From Bigelowiella natans CCMP2755 (lineage: Eukaryota; Protista; Cercozoa): a stretch of 64,000 nt of DNA. Shown piece by piece: positions 11,113 through 25,265 of this stretch; within the stretch, counting starts at the first letter, position 1; each line of letters opens with the position of its first letter. The DNA lies in contig ADNK01001512.1 in the NCBI GenBank assembly GCA_000320545.1, positions 7,376 to 71,375 of the forward strand. The letters run 5' to 3'. The translations under genes were made by a program, and so were the position numbers. Below the pieces are notes generated by a model that saw only the letters and a list, made by a program, of their open reading frames with translations, was not told where the DNA came from and made no database searches.

Positions 11113-11158
<46 letters not shown>

Positions 11159-11196
11159 TCAATATATTGTCATCCCACCGGATGTATGAATAATAT

Positions 11197-11252
<56 letters not shown>

Positions 11253-11472
11253 TATGGTTCAATTGCAAGTTCGCGAGGAGAAATTCTTTCACCTGCATCG
11301 GCGTCCAATCTACTGGATCATAATTCTTATGGATTTGTCAGGGAAATCAGATTTTAAATTAGTTTTCCTCTTAAATAAGTCCTATGTTAGCATTAGAAAA
11401 AACGTTTTCGTTGTTATCTGTGTTACTTACATAGTTCCAAATTTGTTTCTCATCGTCGTCGCTCGAACTCAT
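10514..11472 (-). CDS. Possible small SAM-domain protein (or pseudogene)
   Basis: Fragments MSSSDDEKQIWNY, DWTPMQVKEFLLANLQL, HFIDDNVD and EVLLFQYLDELETELLVTHVG resemble SAM helices. Splicing is not fully resolved and a TGA follows ..DNVD. Confidence 0.35.
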
Positions 11473-11699
11473 CCAGATTCGCTCCTTTGTCCGAAAGACA
11501 GCGCTAAGATTTCACCGATTAAGCGCAGGTTTCTTCAGGTCTGGGATGATAGTATTTACTGTCCAACCGTGAACCGAGGTGCGAAGAGTTCACTCTCAGC
11601 TGTTTTCGGGTGCAAACGAGTAGTCGAGTAGGGAGGAGGTAGGCAAGTAGTAGTGTACCGTCAATGATCTCGGATATTCATCCTCGTCGTTAGTAAAAA

Positions 11700-12465
11700 A
11701 ATCTCATCGATTTCATACCTGCGACATCGATTCAAAGTTGACCTCAGTGGTAAAAACTCTCATGGATTTCATACCTGCGACATCGATTCAAAGTTGACCT
11801 TGTCAAATTGCTACTCGATGCGGCATGTGAGCAGGGTGACATGGACACGCCGATGCGGGGCGCGATGCGGTAATGGGCGGGGGGTTTTCGGTCACAAGGG
11901 TGGTTTTCCCTCCTACCCAGGAACCACATTCCTGTTCACTGGTAGGATGGACAGAAATGTCGCCCCAGCCACCGGTGATTCGGTTGCCAGATTGAGGATG
12001 TTTGGATCTGCATTCAAGGCTTCGCAAGTCACACTCGCCGAAATGAACATGGGCGGGGGGGTTTTCGGTTGCGAGGGTGGCTTTTCCCCTCATCCCTGAA
12101 CCACGTTCCTGTTCACCGGTGGGGTGGACTGACGTGTCGCCCCATCATCAGCCACCGGTGACTCAGTTGCCAAACGAAGGATGTTCGGATCTCTGAACCT
12201 GTGTCTGAGATTCATCCCGGATGAATTCCGTCAAGATGAATGTGTCCTCCTTCAACTTGATGCCATCTATCAGGGGCAATGTCTCCGCAAAAGCCGGGGA
12301 TGTTGAGGTTGGCATGAAGCTCGTGCATCCAAGTGGACCATGAAGATGTGGTCCACGGGATTGTTCGCATGACCTGATCTAGCTGCATGATCCAGTGATG
12401 TGCAATGACTGCAACCTGCAGTGACGTAGTGATGAGGGCAGCAGTCAAAGACATGGCATGCTTCT

Positions 12466-12507
<42 letters not shown>

Positions 12508-13020
12508 ATACACACATGCACGCACGCACCAGCACTGACGCACGAGCTGCTCGACATGCACACAACAGAGAAGATGCTTTCACATTCATGAAACACGTCT
12601 GCGACGTGGATGACCATGGAAACGAACAGGCACAACATGAGCGCTGTGGCCGCTGCCTTGCGATGCATAGCTACATTGGGATGACCATTGAAAAGATTTC
12701 ATCAATTCATTTCATGAATCTGTGTCCGTCTCACATTGCATGCACGTGGACACACGCAATGCGCACGCATCATGGGAAGCCCGGTGCTGTCCGCCGTACT
12801 GACTACAATCTATAACAACATGCACAAAAATGCAACAGAAAACTTGCACATTATTGACCAGCCATCATGCATCCCGCATTAATGCAGCGCCCTCTATGCA
12901 TGTTACAGGCCTTTGGAGTTCCAGGACATTTCATTCACTTCATCACACACGACGGGGATGTCCGCTGTGCTGGACGCCATTCGCGCGTGTTGCGCAAATG
13001 ACGGCAGCCAAGACACAGTG
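11700..13020. repeat. TpA-depleted repeat island (partially converted)
   Basis: Paralog of 5070-5960 plus the element shared with 32480-32595 and 56103-56165. A ~55-bp tandem duplication sits at 11703-11800. A few ancestral TAs remain, e.g. 11871. Confidence 0.85.
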
Positions 13021-13042
13021 ATTAGTCAATAGCTACACTAAA

Positions 13043-14107
13043 TCATTTTGCAAATTTCTGAGTCCAATCTTTCGCTGTCTTATTGAATTTTTCCCGATTT
13101 TCCTTAAAAATCTTGTAGCACTGGAAAACGATATAAATATTTTATAATTAGAGTCATAATCTCCCTTAATTTTTAAAGTTAAATTTAACCTCTGTCCAAA
13201 GATGATGGTCAGGATTCTTCTCTGGATGATTCAGACTATCATGTATAGCTAGCAACACGTCTGGAATCTGCGAAAAGACACATATGAACTTATTCAAATT
13301 CAAAATAAAAAATAATGTATGCTAGAACTAACACTGGCATCCCATTCTACTTCATAGAATTTGATAGTCTGGTGATACGATTGAAATTTGCAAATAAATT
13401 TCTGGTTCATTTTTACAGTTATCGAAGCCTTCCACGTCTCGCAATGGTCATTAGGTTGCCCGAAGTGGCTGCAATCTCCTGGTTATGGTGTTCATTAGTC
13501 ATTTTAAAATTGGTATAGTTTTGTGAATTACCTCTCAAATTGGTCTTAGGGTGGAACAGTTTCGTCTTACAAATATACCAAGCGATCTCAATGTACAGAT
13601 TACAAAATTAAGGAATTATTATCATGAACCTGGAATTGACATATTGGAGATCGCAAGGGATAATCTTCCGGGATAAGCACTTTCATTTCGAACTGCAAAG
13701 AAAAGGATAATAAGCGCTTCATCTATGTATAGCTGTTCCTTTTACAAATAAATAAATTTTAAGTCACCAATCCTCCCTCATAAGGAGTGCCCTCCTCTCC
13801 TTGGATGAAAGCATGTGCTACATCATATTGCCGAGATCCTTTCCTGCAAAAGAAGCATTTAAGATACTTGCTCTGGCGAAACACAATGTCACTTAACTTT
13901 TCAACTTCTCCTGTTATTGAGAAACAAATTTCCCCCTTTCCAAATGGACCTATTAGCGATAATGCTGAATTGAAGCACGAATTCATGGCAGAATGAAGCT
14001 CAACCTTCTTTGCTCTCCAGCAAAGCATTCATCTTTTCAAGATCCTTTTTAATTCTAATCGCATTCTTCCTCTTGGAACCGGAAGAATTTGCGGCTTTGT
14101 TGTTCAT
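13043..14107 (-). CDS. Divergent ubiquitin-conjugating E2 (UBC fold), multi-exon
   Basis: RIKKDLEK; AFIQGEEGTPYEGGL|FEMKVLIPEDYPLRSPICQFQ|TKLFHPKTNLRGDC; IPDVLLAIHDSLNHP; ENREKFNKTAKDWTQKFAK*. Confidence 0.85.
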
Positions 14108-14513
14108 CCTGCTTGGGTTGTGATCATCATCCACACCATCATCATCCTCATCCTTTCATTCCTCCTCCTCATCATCATCATCCTCATCATCATCCATGAG
14201 TTTCCTACCGATCCTAGATCTAGATCTATGAAATATGATCATCCAATTTGTGGCAAACAATACCGGTGCTAATATGATACTGCCGTTACTATTGTTTGTC
14301 TCGCATAATTAAATACGACATCACTATGTACATGTCGTCAATCAACAATACCTAGTGTACCCGTTCCCATCATGTGCCTCGAACCATTTCGCCGACTGGA
14401 TGGAATTCATTGAGCGTCAGCTATTTGTTCATACCGGATTCATAAATAACAGGACATTTACCATAAAATTATTCTCGCTGATACGCAGATTGAGTCTTAC
14501 ATTTCCTGTGATC
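14108..14513. promoter_or_regulatory. Putative bidirectional promoter (E2 / AKR head-to-head)
   Basis: Divergent ATGs about 400 bp apart. Confidence 0.5.
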
Positions 14514-15830
14514 ATGGCTCCCATCCTCTTTCTCATCGTTGCGGCTGTTGCAAAAGCTAGCATTCCCACCGTAAATCTTGGCAAGGATGTAGACGGGAAA
14601 GATGTCCTTCTACCTGTCGTAGGAGCTGGAACCTGGCAGGTACCTCCTCGATGTCAATTGTCAACGTAGCACCGTAACCGCCGTGTTTCATCAGTACAAT
14701 GACACCATTGCGTATGAGAGCGTCTGCAAAGCTTTCAGCGTCGGCTACAATTTTATTGATACGGCGTGGATTTACGGTAATAATATGTGATTAAATTTCG
14801 AATGTTATAATGTAAGTATTCACGTGGCTATGCAGGGAATGAGCGTGGCGTTGGAAAGGCTATTAAGGATTGCTGGAAGAAACCCCGCTCTGAACTTTTT
14901 GTCATGACAAAAATTCCTGGCGGACTAAATGGTAATAGCTAAAACATAAGCTGCAAATCACATCAATATAATTTTTGTCGTCGTCGTCGTCATCATCATC
15001 ATCATCATCATCATGATCATTGGTGATTCTTTCCTGAGTCTTTTTACCGTTCCTACTTATTAAGCAACGGAGGTGGCTACTTATCACGCGCAGAACATGG
15101 AATGGCTGCAGTTGGATTATGTTGACCACCTTATGACGCATTTCCCTGCGGACTTCCAGGTAAATATGATGAAGTTGTCGCCTTTGGTACTCTGCTCACA
15201 CACGCATTTGTTTGTTTAATTGTGGTCGCCACTTACACAGGTCACACCTTCTCGTGCAAGCCCTAAGGCGAGGCAGGAAGAATGGCTAGCGGTGCGTGTT
15301 GATCTATCAAAGTATAAATTGAGGATGGGGTTTGGATAAAGTTGTCATGTTTTTTATGCTGATTTCGATTGATTTGCACCTCTTGCAGCTTGAGAAGATT
15401 TACAACTCCGGCCAAGCACGTTCAATTGGTATTAATAAGACGAAATGCACTTGCACATGTCCAACTAATAAATCGCACGCGCTGTATAGCCTTCTTCTTC
15501 TTTTTCCTCCTCTCTTCTCTCAATGACACTACTACTACTACTACTACTACTACTCTCTCAGGTATCAGCCATTACGTCCCACGACATATCGATGACGTCC
15601 TTCAAGTTGCCACCATAAGACCTTCCGTCAATCAGGTCATGCAAGCGTAGCATGTAATTAATGGGATGGATTTAGTGTGTATTATTGTCGAAAATGGGGT
15701 TGCTCGCTAAGCACTACTACTACTATATTCCTAATAATGGCAGGTTGAGTACCACATCGGGTCCGGCGATGTCGACGGCGTTATCCAAAAATGTGAGTGT
15801 GGGAGAAAGGGGGAGTGGGAGGGGGGGGGG

Positions 15831-15874
<44 letters not shown>

Positions 15875-16457
15875 GAGATACCATTGTCACTGGATATATT
15901 AGCACACACACACACACACACACACAATACACGTATATATGCATACATGCATATGCATATACACATGTATTTTATTAGATATATTAGATCAACAAGAAAT
16001 GAAGGAAGTGATGTTGTTTGACGATGACAACATTTATACCTCCACATTCTCCTTATCACAACCTCTTGGTTCGTAGGCGTTGATGAGAAGATTTACTTCA
16101 TGTCGTTCTCTCCTCTCTGCGGACCGTGCACCTACCAGCCAAAGGACTCACTCATCAACGGCGATTTGGTGAAGAAGGTAACATAGAGCACATTCTTTCA
16201 ATTTTACACTAAAAAAAGAAGGGAAAAGAGCAATTTAAGCCTCCTATTTATGTAATGATATAATATGTTAAATGACCGGGTATTATCCGATGGAATTAGA
16301 TCGGGAAAGCGCACAACGTCACCGGCTCCCAGGTTCATAGAGCATTCTTCTTTCCTTAAGATCAACCATTCTTTTGAATTGAATAATTGCAATAATATGG
16401 AAATAATAATCGTAATCTCCGGCTCTCTCTTTCTCTCTCTCTCTCCCCCATTCTTCT

Positions 16458-16512
<55 letters not shown>

Positions 16513-16516
16513 TTAC

Positions 16517-16557
<41 letters not shown>

Positions 16558-16578
16558 AGATGGATGGGAGGAGAGAGG

Positions 16579-16616
<38 letters not shown>

Positions 16617-17254
16617 AAGGGAGATATTGACATGTTTTGTCCTGGTTTCTGCTTCTCTGTGGCTATAGTAGCGTCACATCTTGTCTTATTTTGGTCGCAC
16701 ATATTCATTTTACAAATGCTTTTCACGCTGCTGCCGAATCAAAAATATGTTATGAGGTGTTTGTACTACTACTCAGGTTAGCCTCCGTTTCATCGTGCAG
16801 CAGGCACTTACCAAACCATACATTGCTGGGGTAATATGACATTGCGATGAGCAGTGATTCTGTTTTTCTGGCTGTTTCTGCTGTTTCTACCGCTTCTGTT
16901 GCTGTATCGTGGTCGTAGACATCGTCATCTCCATCACCACCACCACCATCATCATATCATCATCATCATCATTATCATTCAACTTCTCTCAATTACTAAT
17001 AAGGTTATCCCAAAGTCGAACAATGCTGAACACTTGGCCTCGAATCTTGACGTACGTTATCTATAGCTTCGATTAAATGATCATTAAATGATGACCCATC
17101 CCACGATGTTGCATGAATATATACTCAATAACGCTATAACGTTTTGTGAATTATCATCAAGGTATTCTCGTTCGACTTGACGGCGACGGAGATGGAAGCT
17201 CTTTACAACACCACAGTCCCTGCAGGCCAGCCAGGAGATGCCGACGTGCCATAA
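14514..17254 (+). CDS. Aldo-keto reductase with N-terminal signal peptide, multi-exon
   Basis: PVVGAGTWQ, FIDTAWIYG|NERGVG, FVMTKIP, YVDHLMTHFP, ARSIG|ISHY, PSVNQ|VEYH, SFSPL, VIPKS, VFSFDLT. The Asp/Tyr/Lys/His tetrad is intact. Leader MAPILFLIVAAVAKA. Confidence 0.92.
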
Positions 17255-17459
17255 GGATGGTTACAAGGATGGATGATGAAGAACATTTCAAATGCCTTCG
17301 GAACCTTACACAGCTCGATTTGCTGCATAGTAAAGCGTGCCTTACACCGTCTTACCGATATGATAAACCTGTTAGAGTCCTTCATTTGGAAAAATATAAA
17401 GTTTTGTCAATTTTTGAATTTCTAGCTTTTCTCCTCTATATTCGGTTCATCGCCCGGTC

Positions 17460-18350
17460 TTGTCGCCAATTCTTCCTCCTAGAACATTTGTCATTTGATT
17501 GTGCCCAATGCAAGGGGGGACGATGAAGATGACCGTGATGCTGTTCTATTGTTGTGCATTGCAATTGCTTGCATGCAGCATGATGCACATCAAGCATAAT
17601 AAATACATGATTTTGAGTGCACGTACGCGATGAGGCCATGATTATATGGCCCGCCAAACGTACTTGCTAGCTTACCATTCTTGCAACATCACAAATCTAG
17701 AAATGTCACAGAAAGCGGTTGCAAAGCAAGTGAATGCAGATGCAGTGTTGCATGCATGCTGGCATGTCATTTCTAGCTAGCTAGATTTGTTGACTGCATG
17801 TGCGTAGCTAGCATGCATGTGTGCACCTGCGCATGGACGATGACGCAAGACGCAAGTTGCCATCTGGGCTCGCCCCAAGCGCCTCCACACATGCTAGCAT
17901 GCGCTAGCAACAACGTGTGTGGACAAGTGCTAGAAGTGGAAATTGTGGAATTGCATGAACAAGCATCGCATTTGGCCATTCTAGCATTCATTTCGCTATG
18001 AAAGTTGCGGGGGCAGCAATGACAAGCAGCAAAGCGGGCACACTGCTAGACTGGCACACGCAGCACGGCTACCTGCTTCGTGATGACAAAAAAGTCTTCA
18101 CATCCGCAGCGCGAGTTCGATTCGGTGGCCGGGGGGCGCATGCATGGGTTAGCGGTGGAGCTACAACAGTCGATGGGCGGCATGTGAGGCATCTTGGACA
18201 AGACGCAGCAATGAACAATGAACAATGATGAAAAACTACATCTCCAAAGTGTGACATGACACTTGCTAGCTTGCAAAAGCAACAACGGACACAACCACCA
18301 CTCTGTCTAGCACTGCCGTGACTCCCAGTGTCACGTGTTACTTGACATCC
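17460..18350. repeat. TpA-depleted, CTAG-rich repeat island
   Basis: Many GCTAGC/CTAG and CATG/TGCA. 18200-18270 is an inverted paralog of 6063-6130. Confidence 0.8.
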
Positions 18351-18589
18351 ATTTAGTTTTAAAAATATAGTAATTATTACGTAATAACACCCACATTTTT
18401 CCCAACAGCCACCTTAGACACCATCACTCCACATTGTTCTCTCCTGATAAGTAATTGTATCTGGATAGTCAAATTTGCGATATATAATAAACTTACGAGT
18501 AATAGCAAAGACAACAACAACAACAACAACAACAACTCGAATGACCTACAAGCTGTAGGAACAGTGAGCATCTCCTTAAGCTCAGCTGG

Positions 18590-20861
18590 ATGGACGCCAC
18601 CCCTCTCCTCAATGGGTCGCTTCCTGATTAGCATGGAGCAATAATAATGAGATACTCTGCAGGAAGTGTATAAACTGTATAGAAATAATGGAACACATCG
18701 CTCAAAAAGAGACACAATGCTATTCTCGGAAGAGAAATGTTTTGAACACGCCAGCCTGGGCAAAACTCCCAATTTCTTGCATTGAGTTTTTGTGCCTTTG
18801 CAACAGTCGCCATTATCATCATCACCTGATCTTGTAAAATACCAAATCGTTTGTTGTATACGCAGGAGTGGCTCGTCATCCAATGTTAAGAGGGGGGGCG
18901 AGGAAGGAGACAATAAATATGATCATCAACTACCATCGCTGGACAATCAAGCCAGCGATCTTGATGCCAAGCCCTCGATACAATCGTCCCAACCCTTGGT
19001 CGTAGATATGAATGAAATCAGAGAGGAAGGAGGAGGGGAGGACAGAAAGTAGCACATTACGTAGTTGTGATTAAATGCCAGAGCCTGAGGGAGATATCAT
19101 GATGAAGCCCACTGAATCATAACATCATCGATCAGCTAAGTAATCAAGCCATCTCAAGCCCACGGATCGATAAGCATCCCTTCGACTGCGGTAGTAGTAT
19201 GCAGCGTGTTAACAACTATGCTTTCTATTAAATACACTTCAAAGCGTTTGGCTGGAAGTCAATTAAAATAATATTGCTTGCTACAATTGAGTTGCTTTGA
19301 TTTGCCTACTTCTAAGCAGAGATGGGTGAGAAACTGGGGGGCGGGGTACATGGCAGCAAACCTACGTTGCTGTTGCAAGGAGCGGCGCTCATTAACGCTG
19401 GGCTAATGGGCCTGCAAGTTGATCTCAAGGCGCTTAGACCAAAGGCAGCTCAAATATATTCCTCAACAACATCGGTGATGATAGAAGCAGAAGAGGAAGA
19501 AGTAGAAGAGTATCCCCTCCGATCGTACACCATAGTAGACATGGACGTAGGTGCGAATAATCTGCGTTTTGAGTTGATTTGATGCTTGTAGTGTCAAACG
19601 TATTACTGGGTTTGCTTAGACGATTATTTGTTCATTCTTCATAACTTGGCGACAACAGATTCGAACAGGGCTTCTACTAGTGTTGATGTCGGTAAACATC
19701 TATGAGGAGGTACAATTCAGATGATGATGGTGATGATAATGATGATGATGTTGATGCGATGATTCTACAGTTCTTTTTTGTAAAAATGGGTGATTTTGGC
19801 CAAACATCACCATTAGCCTTCTTGGTGTGGTTTCAATGGGATCCGATCAAGATGTGGCGTTGAGGGCAGGAATTACTGGTTCTTTGGCCTACAGGTCGTT
19901 ATTCGTTCGTTATCATGTAACAAAAGATAATTACTAGAAACAACCACAACAACAACATCAAGCAGCGAGTGGCAAACATTCACAATGAAAGCACCGATGG
20001 TCCTTGCTGCAGACTAACATATAATGCATTCCCTGTTGTGTGTACCTTAGAATTTGCTTCGAACTTGTTTTTGAGCAAAAATATCAGATCGCTATATGTA
20101 TATGTATGTGTATATGTATATAAATACATGACATACACAGAAGTCAGTCGTCATCATATCTTCTTCTAATCTGTGAAGTAGCACCCCATTTCCCCCCACC
20201 ACCCTCCTTCATCAATTGCATATTGCTACGAAATTTAGGCCGAGCAGGGATACAACACTCTCGCAATGACAGTGGACACCGTCTGCATCGTTTCATTAAT
20301 CGCAATAGCTTTTTTCAGGTCGATGATGCTGCAAAATCTAGTAGTAGTAGTATATGAGTAGTTACGTCTTTCGTGTTGCATGCTATTAATATGTTTTTAT
20401 TACTCCTAATACTACCTACTATTACTACTACTATTATGCTACATGTACTGCAAGCTTGCATGTTAAGAGAGGTGGCGGTGGTGGCCGAGGCGTATCGATT
20501 GTACTTCTTATTGTGCGCATGGAAAAGATGTGGTACTGCCGCTTATGTTTCTTTTATTTTCTCATTCGTTGGCGTTGATGATAGCGTATTGTAATAATCG
20601 TTGTTATTGTCATCTCAGTCAATTGCAGTAGTTAATAATAATAATAATAATTATCATCATCATTATCATTAATATCTCTCCCACCATCCTCTTCACCTCG
20701 CTAGGCTACGAGCGTACGGGGTTCATCTATTCGTATGGTCGCGTGGTGTGTACTCGTTCCTGCTAGTAACTTGCTTCATCACCAGCCTAATCAAGACGAT
20801 ATATGGCTTCTGTGCCCTACCCACGGCCATACTAAGGCCTTTTGTGCTTATTTTTGGTACA

Positions 20862-20896
<35 letters not shown>

Positions 20897-21645
20897 CACA
20901 GCTATACAGCTGTTAATGCAACAGCTACTACTATTATCATCAATATTCATACTAAAATCACTTCTCTTCTAGTCATCTACTTCTCTTCTAAGAGTCTAGA
21001 TGTGAGATATTTTATGGTAGCACTGTTTTCTTCGTTTCTTCTTTGCTGTAAGTAGTTATTGTCTTGTTCCCGGTGCTACCTTACAGGATTTGATCGTCTT
21101 CGCAGCCTGACTTTCAGCGCCATATCGGTCATTCCACGAGTAGCGGTAACCATCTTCTCCTTGCCCAAATCTACCAATTTCTGTCCCATCCGCCATCCAT
21201 CTATCCCCCCATTTCTCAAGAATACTATCATCTCCTCGCTATCATCGGAACAACTATACTATTTGTTATTAGGATATCGTCCTCTTCTTATTCCTCTTCG
21301 TCTGCTTTTTCAGTGTGTTTGGAGGTCGCTCATCCAAACCAAACACACACACACACACACACACTCTTACACACATGTTTCATATGTGCTTATATTCTAT
21401 TTGTGTGTGTGTGTGTGTGCACTTCCTCCTTCTCCTTATTCTTATATGTTGTTCATATGCTTTAGTGTTCATATTCCGCGACAATGTCTTGATTAGCAGT
21501 GCCGAGGAAAGCCATCAGTAAGAAGAAGAAGAAGAAGAAAATGATGATGATGTTAATGACGATGATGATCAGAGCCATGCTGGAACGGAAAACAATAACA
21601 ATAGTAATGACGAAATTATTATCATTGCGCAATCTTGGAATTGGA

Positions 21646-21683
<38 letters not shown>

Positions 21684-21970
21684 AGATACTTCAACACGTT
21701 CGAGGGCAGCTTCATCAGCCTCTTCATCTTGTTTACCTCGGCGAATAACCCGGACGTCATGCTACCGGCATATCGAGATAAGGTGCTTGCTGCTGCTGCT
21801 GCTGCTCACACCTGTTGATGATAAGAGGGAAGATTAATGATCATAATAATAATGATCATAATAAGAATAATAATAATAATAATAATAATAATAGGGGATG
21901 TGGCGAATTTCCACTTATCATATATGCGGAGCAAACACACACACAAACACAAAATTATCACAATTATATA

Positions 21971-22017
<47 letters not shown>

Positions 22018-23263
22018 ATATATTGATATATTGATATATATGATCCATATTATTCTTAGCGGGCATTCGTGATATTCTTCTCGGTGTTCATCGTGGTCTC
22101 GATCTTCTTCATCAGTAACCTTATCCTCGCCAACGTCTTTGACGCGTAAGCTGCGTCCACGATCTAATCATCAATCTGCAGAACAAAGAGAGGAGGAAGA
22201 AGAAGAAGAAGGACATTCTTACCATCATTATCATCAATGCCTCTCCACAAACATTCATAAGAAATGAAAATGCTACGACTACTAGGTACCGCCAAGTCAT
22301 TTCAATCCAGGCAAGAGATTTTCAACGTAATCGCTTACGAGCCTTCCGCAGTGCTTTCAAGCTGCTGCTACGTCATCGGGAACATGAGGAGGAGGAGGAG
22401 GAGAAGAAGGAGAAGAAGAAGAAGAAGAAGAAGAAGAAGAGAGAAATACCTCGTGCTCTCATGCATAAAGTCCTTGCAGGTGTTGTTTCAGTTGGCCACA
22501 ACACAAATATAATCTTGTTTATCTTATCTTTGCGGCTCATCATGCAGAAACAGCCCCTCCCCCCCCCCTCTCTCTCTCTTTCTCTCCCTTAATTTGTGAA
22601 TATGTTTGCATGTATATGCTGATCAGCGCCTCCCTCCCTCCCTGCCTCCCATATTGTCCTCCTACCTCCTCTTTTCTTGTCTTACAGAGCTACGCAAGTT
22701 TAAAACAGTAAGATTTCCTAAGGTGCCTCAGATCTCGGTATGTGATCTTATGTTGTCAGTATATACGATGTGTTGTATGCAAGTGTACGTATTCTGCTGC
22801 TACAAATATGGACAACAAGTAGCTATCAAACGCACATTTTCGCATCACTGCTGCTGCTACTAATACTACTACAATAACCATAATAACGATTGTAGGGAAT
22901 GGATGAAAAAGCAGTGATAGAGCTAATAATAACGGCGATGGATCAGCGTGAAGCATCATTGATTTCGTGGCAAGAGTTCATGACACTTCCGTTTATCCTC
23001 TCTTTATCCTTCCGTCCTGCAAAAGAGGGACCGCATCATCATAATACTCCTCTTCTTGGCAAGGAACGAATAGCAGCAGAACGTATGAAAAAGGAGTCCG
23101 ACGACGAAAACACAGCAGCGGAGATTAAGGGGAGGCAGCAGCAGCAGCAGCAGACCACGATGAATATGATCAACAGGAGATTTGTCAAGAGAACCAAGAG
23201 AAAATACTCTGTAAGTCCTTCTTCCTCCTCCTCCTCCTCCTCCCTGTTTCTTATCTGATAGTA

Positions 23264-23301
<38 letters not shown>

Positions 23302-23754
23302 AGTGCTGGTGATTCTTCTTATTATGTGTGGCCATATATCAATGTGTATAGTGGTCCCCTTCTATACAGCAGCAGCAGCAGCAACAACGATGATTACACT
23401 GTATGATGTATGTGCATCTTTTTGCTGCCTCTCTCTCCTTAGTGGGTATTCCTCCTCCTTTCCCTTCCTTTTGTTTCTTTTGTTGTTGTTGTTGTTGTTG
23501 TTGTTGTTGCTCATATACCTATTATTCTTCAGACTCCGGGGCATGAACTTGAAGAGAGCTTGCATTACACCAAACAACAATCCAATGCCCACGACCAGAA
23601 GGAAAACAATACGACAAACTTCGTAACAGAAGGAGGAGGTGGAGGAGGAGGAGCAATAGCATCTTCCTCTTATTCATTTTCTTCTTCTTCTCCTTCAAAC
23701 TTGGTTTCTCAACGCGAAAAGGTGGTTGTACTACCACTGCTGATACTACTACTA

Positions 23755-23786
<32 letters not shown>

Positions 23787-24021
23787 CTAAATGAGAAAGA
23801 GTAGATGTCTGATCTATGATGATGATGATGACAACGATGATGATGATCCCAGATCTTCCGGTGCCTGAGACCGATGTTCCTGGGATGGAAGTACGAGCTG
23901 GCGATGTGTGCATTTGTCGTGTTGGAGTTCTTGCTTATCGTTGCAGAACTTGAGCGCGCTGGCCAACCAAGAGAGCAGTACCTCGCTCTTGAGGTGCTGC
24001 TTCTATGATTCTAGGGCATGT

Positions 24022-24064
<43 letters not shown>

Positions 24065-25199
24065 TGAGAGAGGGAGAGAGAAATGCGGCATTTCCACAAA
24101 CACAAAGATGCAGAAGAAGAAGAAGAAGAAGAAGAAGAAGAAGAAGAACGTGTATGTTCAGATGATGTTGCATCAGAATTTGCCGAGGCAAGTAGGAATT
24201 TGTCGCATGTTGTTTCCTAACTTTACATGTTTGATCGTTCCTCCTCCTCATACAACCTCCCACTCTTTTATTCGTCTCTCTTCCTGTGTTCTCCTCCTCC
24301 TCCTCCTCCTCCCCACTTTTTCATCATCATCAGATGACATTCTCAGCTCTGTTTCTAGTCGAAGCATATACAATCATGATGGTACTAGGCCCAAGAAGAT
24401 ACTGGCACAGTTGGAGGTAGTAGTAGGGGTAATAAGTATATTTTCCTTTTCTTCGGCTTGTTCTTCTACCCTAAATTGTTCGGATGATGATGATGATGTT
24501 GATATCCATTCACCCAGAAAACAACAACAACCACGCATCATCCTGATGTTACCACAACAACAACTACTACTACTACTACTACTACTACTTCTCCTACCAC
24601 CCCTACTTATTCTACTATATTATTATGAGTTGCCATATGACTGGACGTTATTAATCAGCGTTATTATGATTACTCTCCTCCTCCTCCTCCTCCTCCTCCT
24701 CCTCCTCCTCCTCCTTCCTCGTACTTTCACACTACTCGTTTTCTTGATAATCCAAAGACGTCGCTGGCAAGTGGTGACATCAACGATGAGTATGGCTGTA
24801 GAGATCTATGTTGTACTGCCAAACAACTACAACGATGGTGTGTTTCATATCATCCATTGTAGTAGCCAAGTAGCAGTAGTTGTTGTATAGTTGTTGCTGA
24901 TGTTGTATATCTCCAGAAGAAAGTAAGTAAGGTAGTAGTAGTAGTAGTAGTAGTAGCAAATGCTGATGATGGCATCAATCATCATCATCTGTCAGGCACA
25001 TTCTTCGATATGTCGTTCTGGCTCCAGTCTGCCGGTATTGTGGATTCTCTACGAAATACCTAGATTTCATAGGGTACCACCATCATCATCATCACCACCA
25101 TCATCATCGCCACTACTACTACAACTACAACAAAGCATGCTTATTGCTTGAATAAGAAAAGAGAAGAAAAGCATCTTGTTCATCATTATTATCAATATC

Positions 25200-25265
<66 letters not shown>

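Noticed and set aside
24018-24890. 290-aa ORF and many similar poly-HT/CV/YI/L ORFs across the window
   Set aside because: Translations of intronic microsatellites; only short embedded exons are real.
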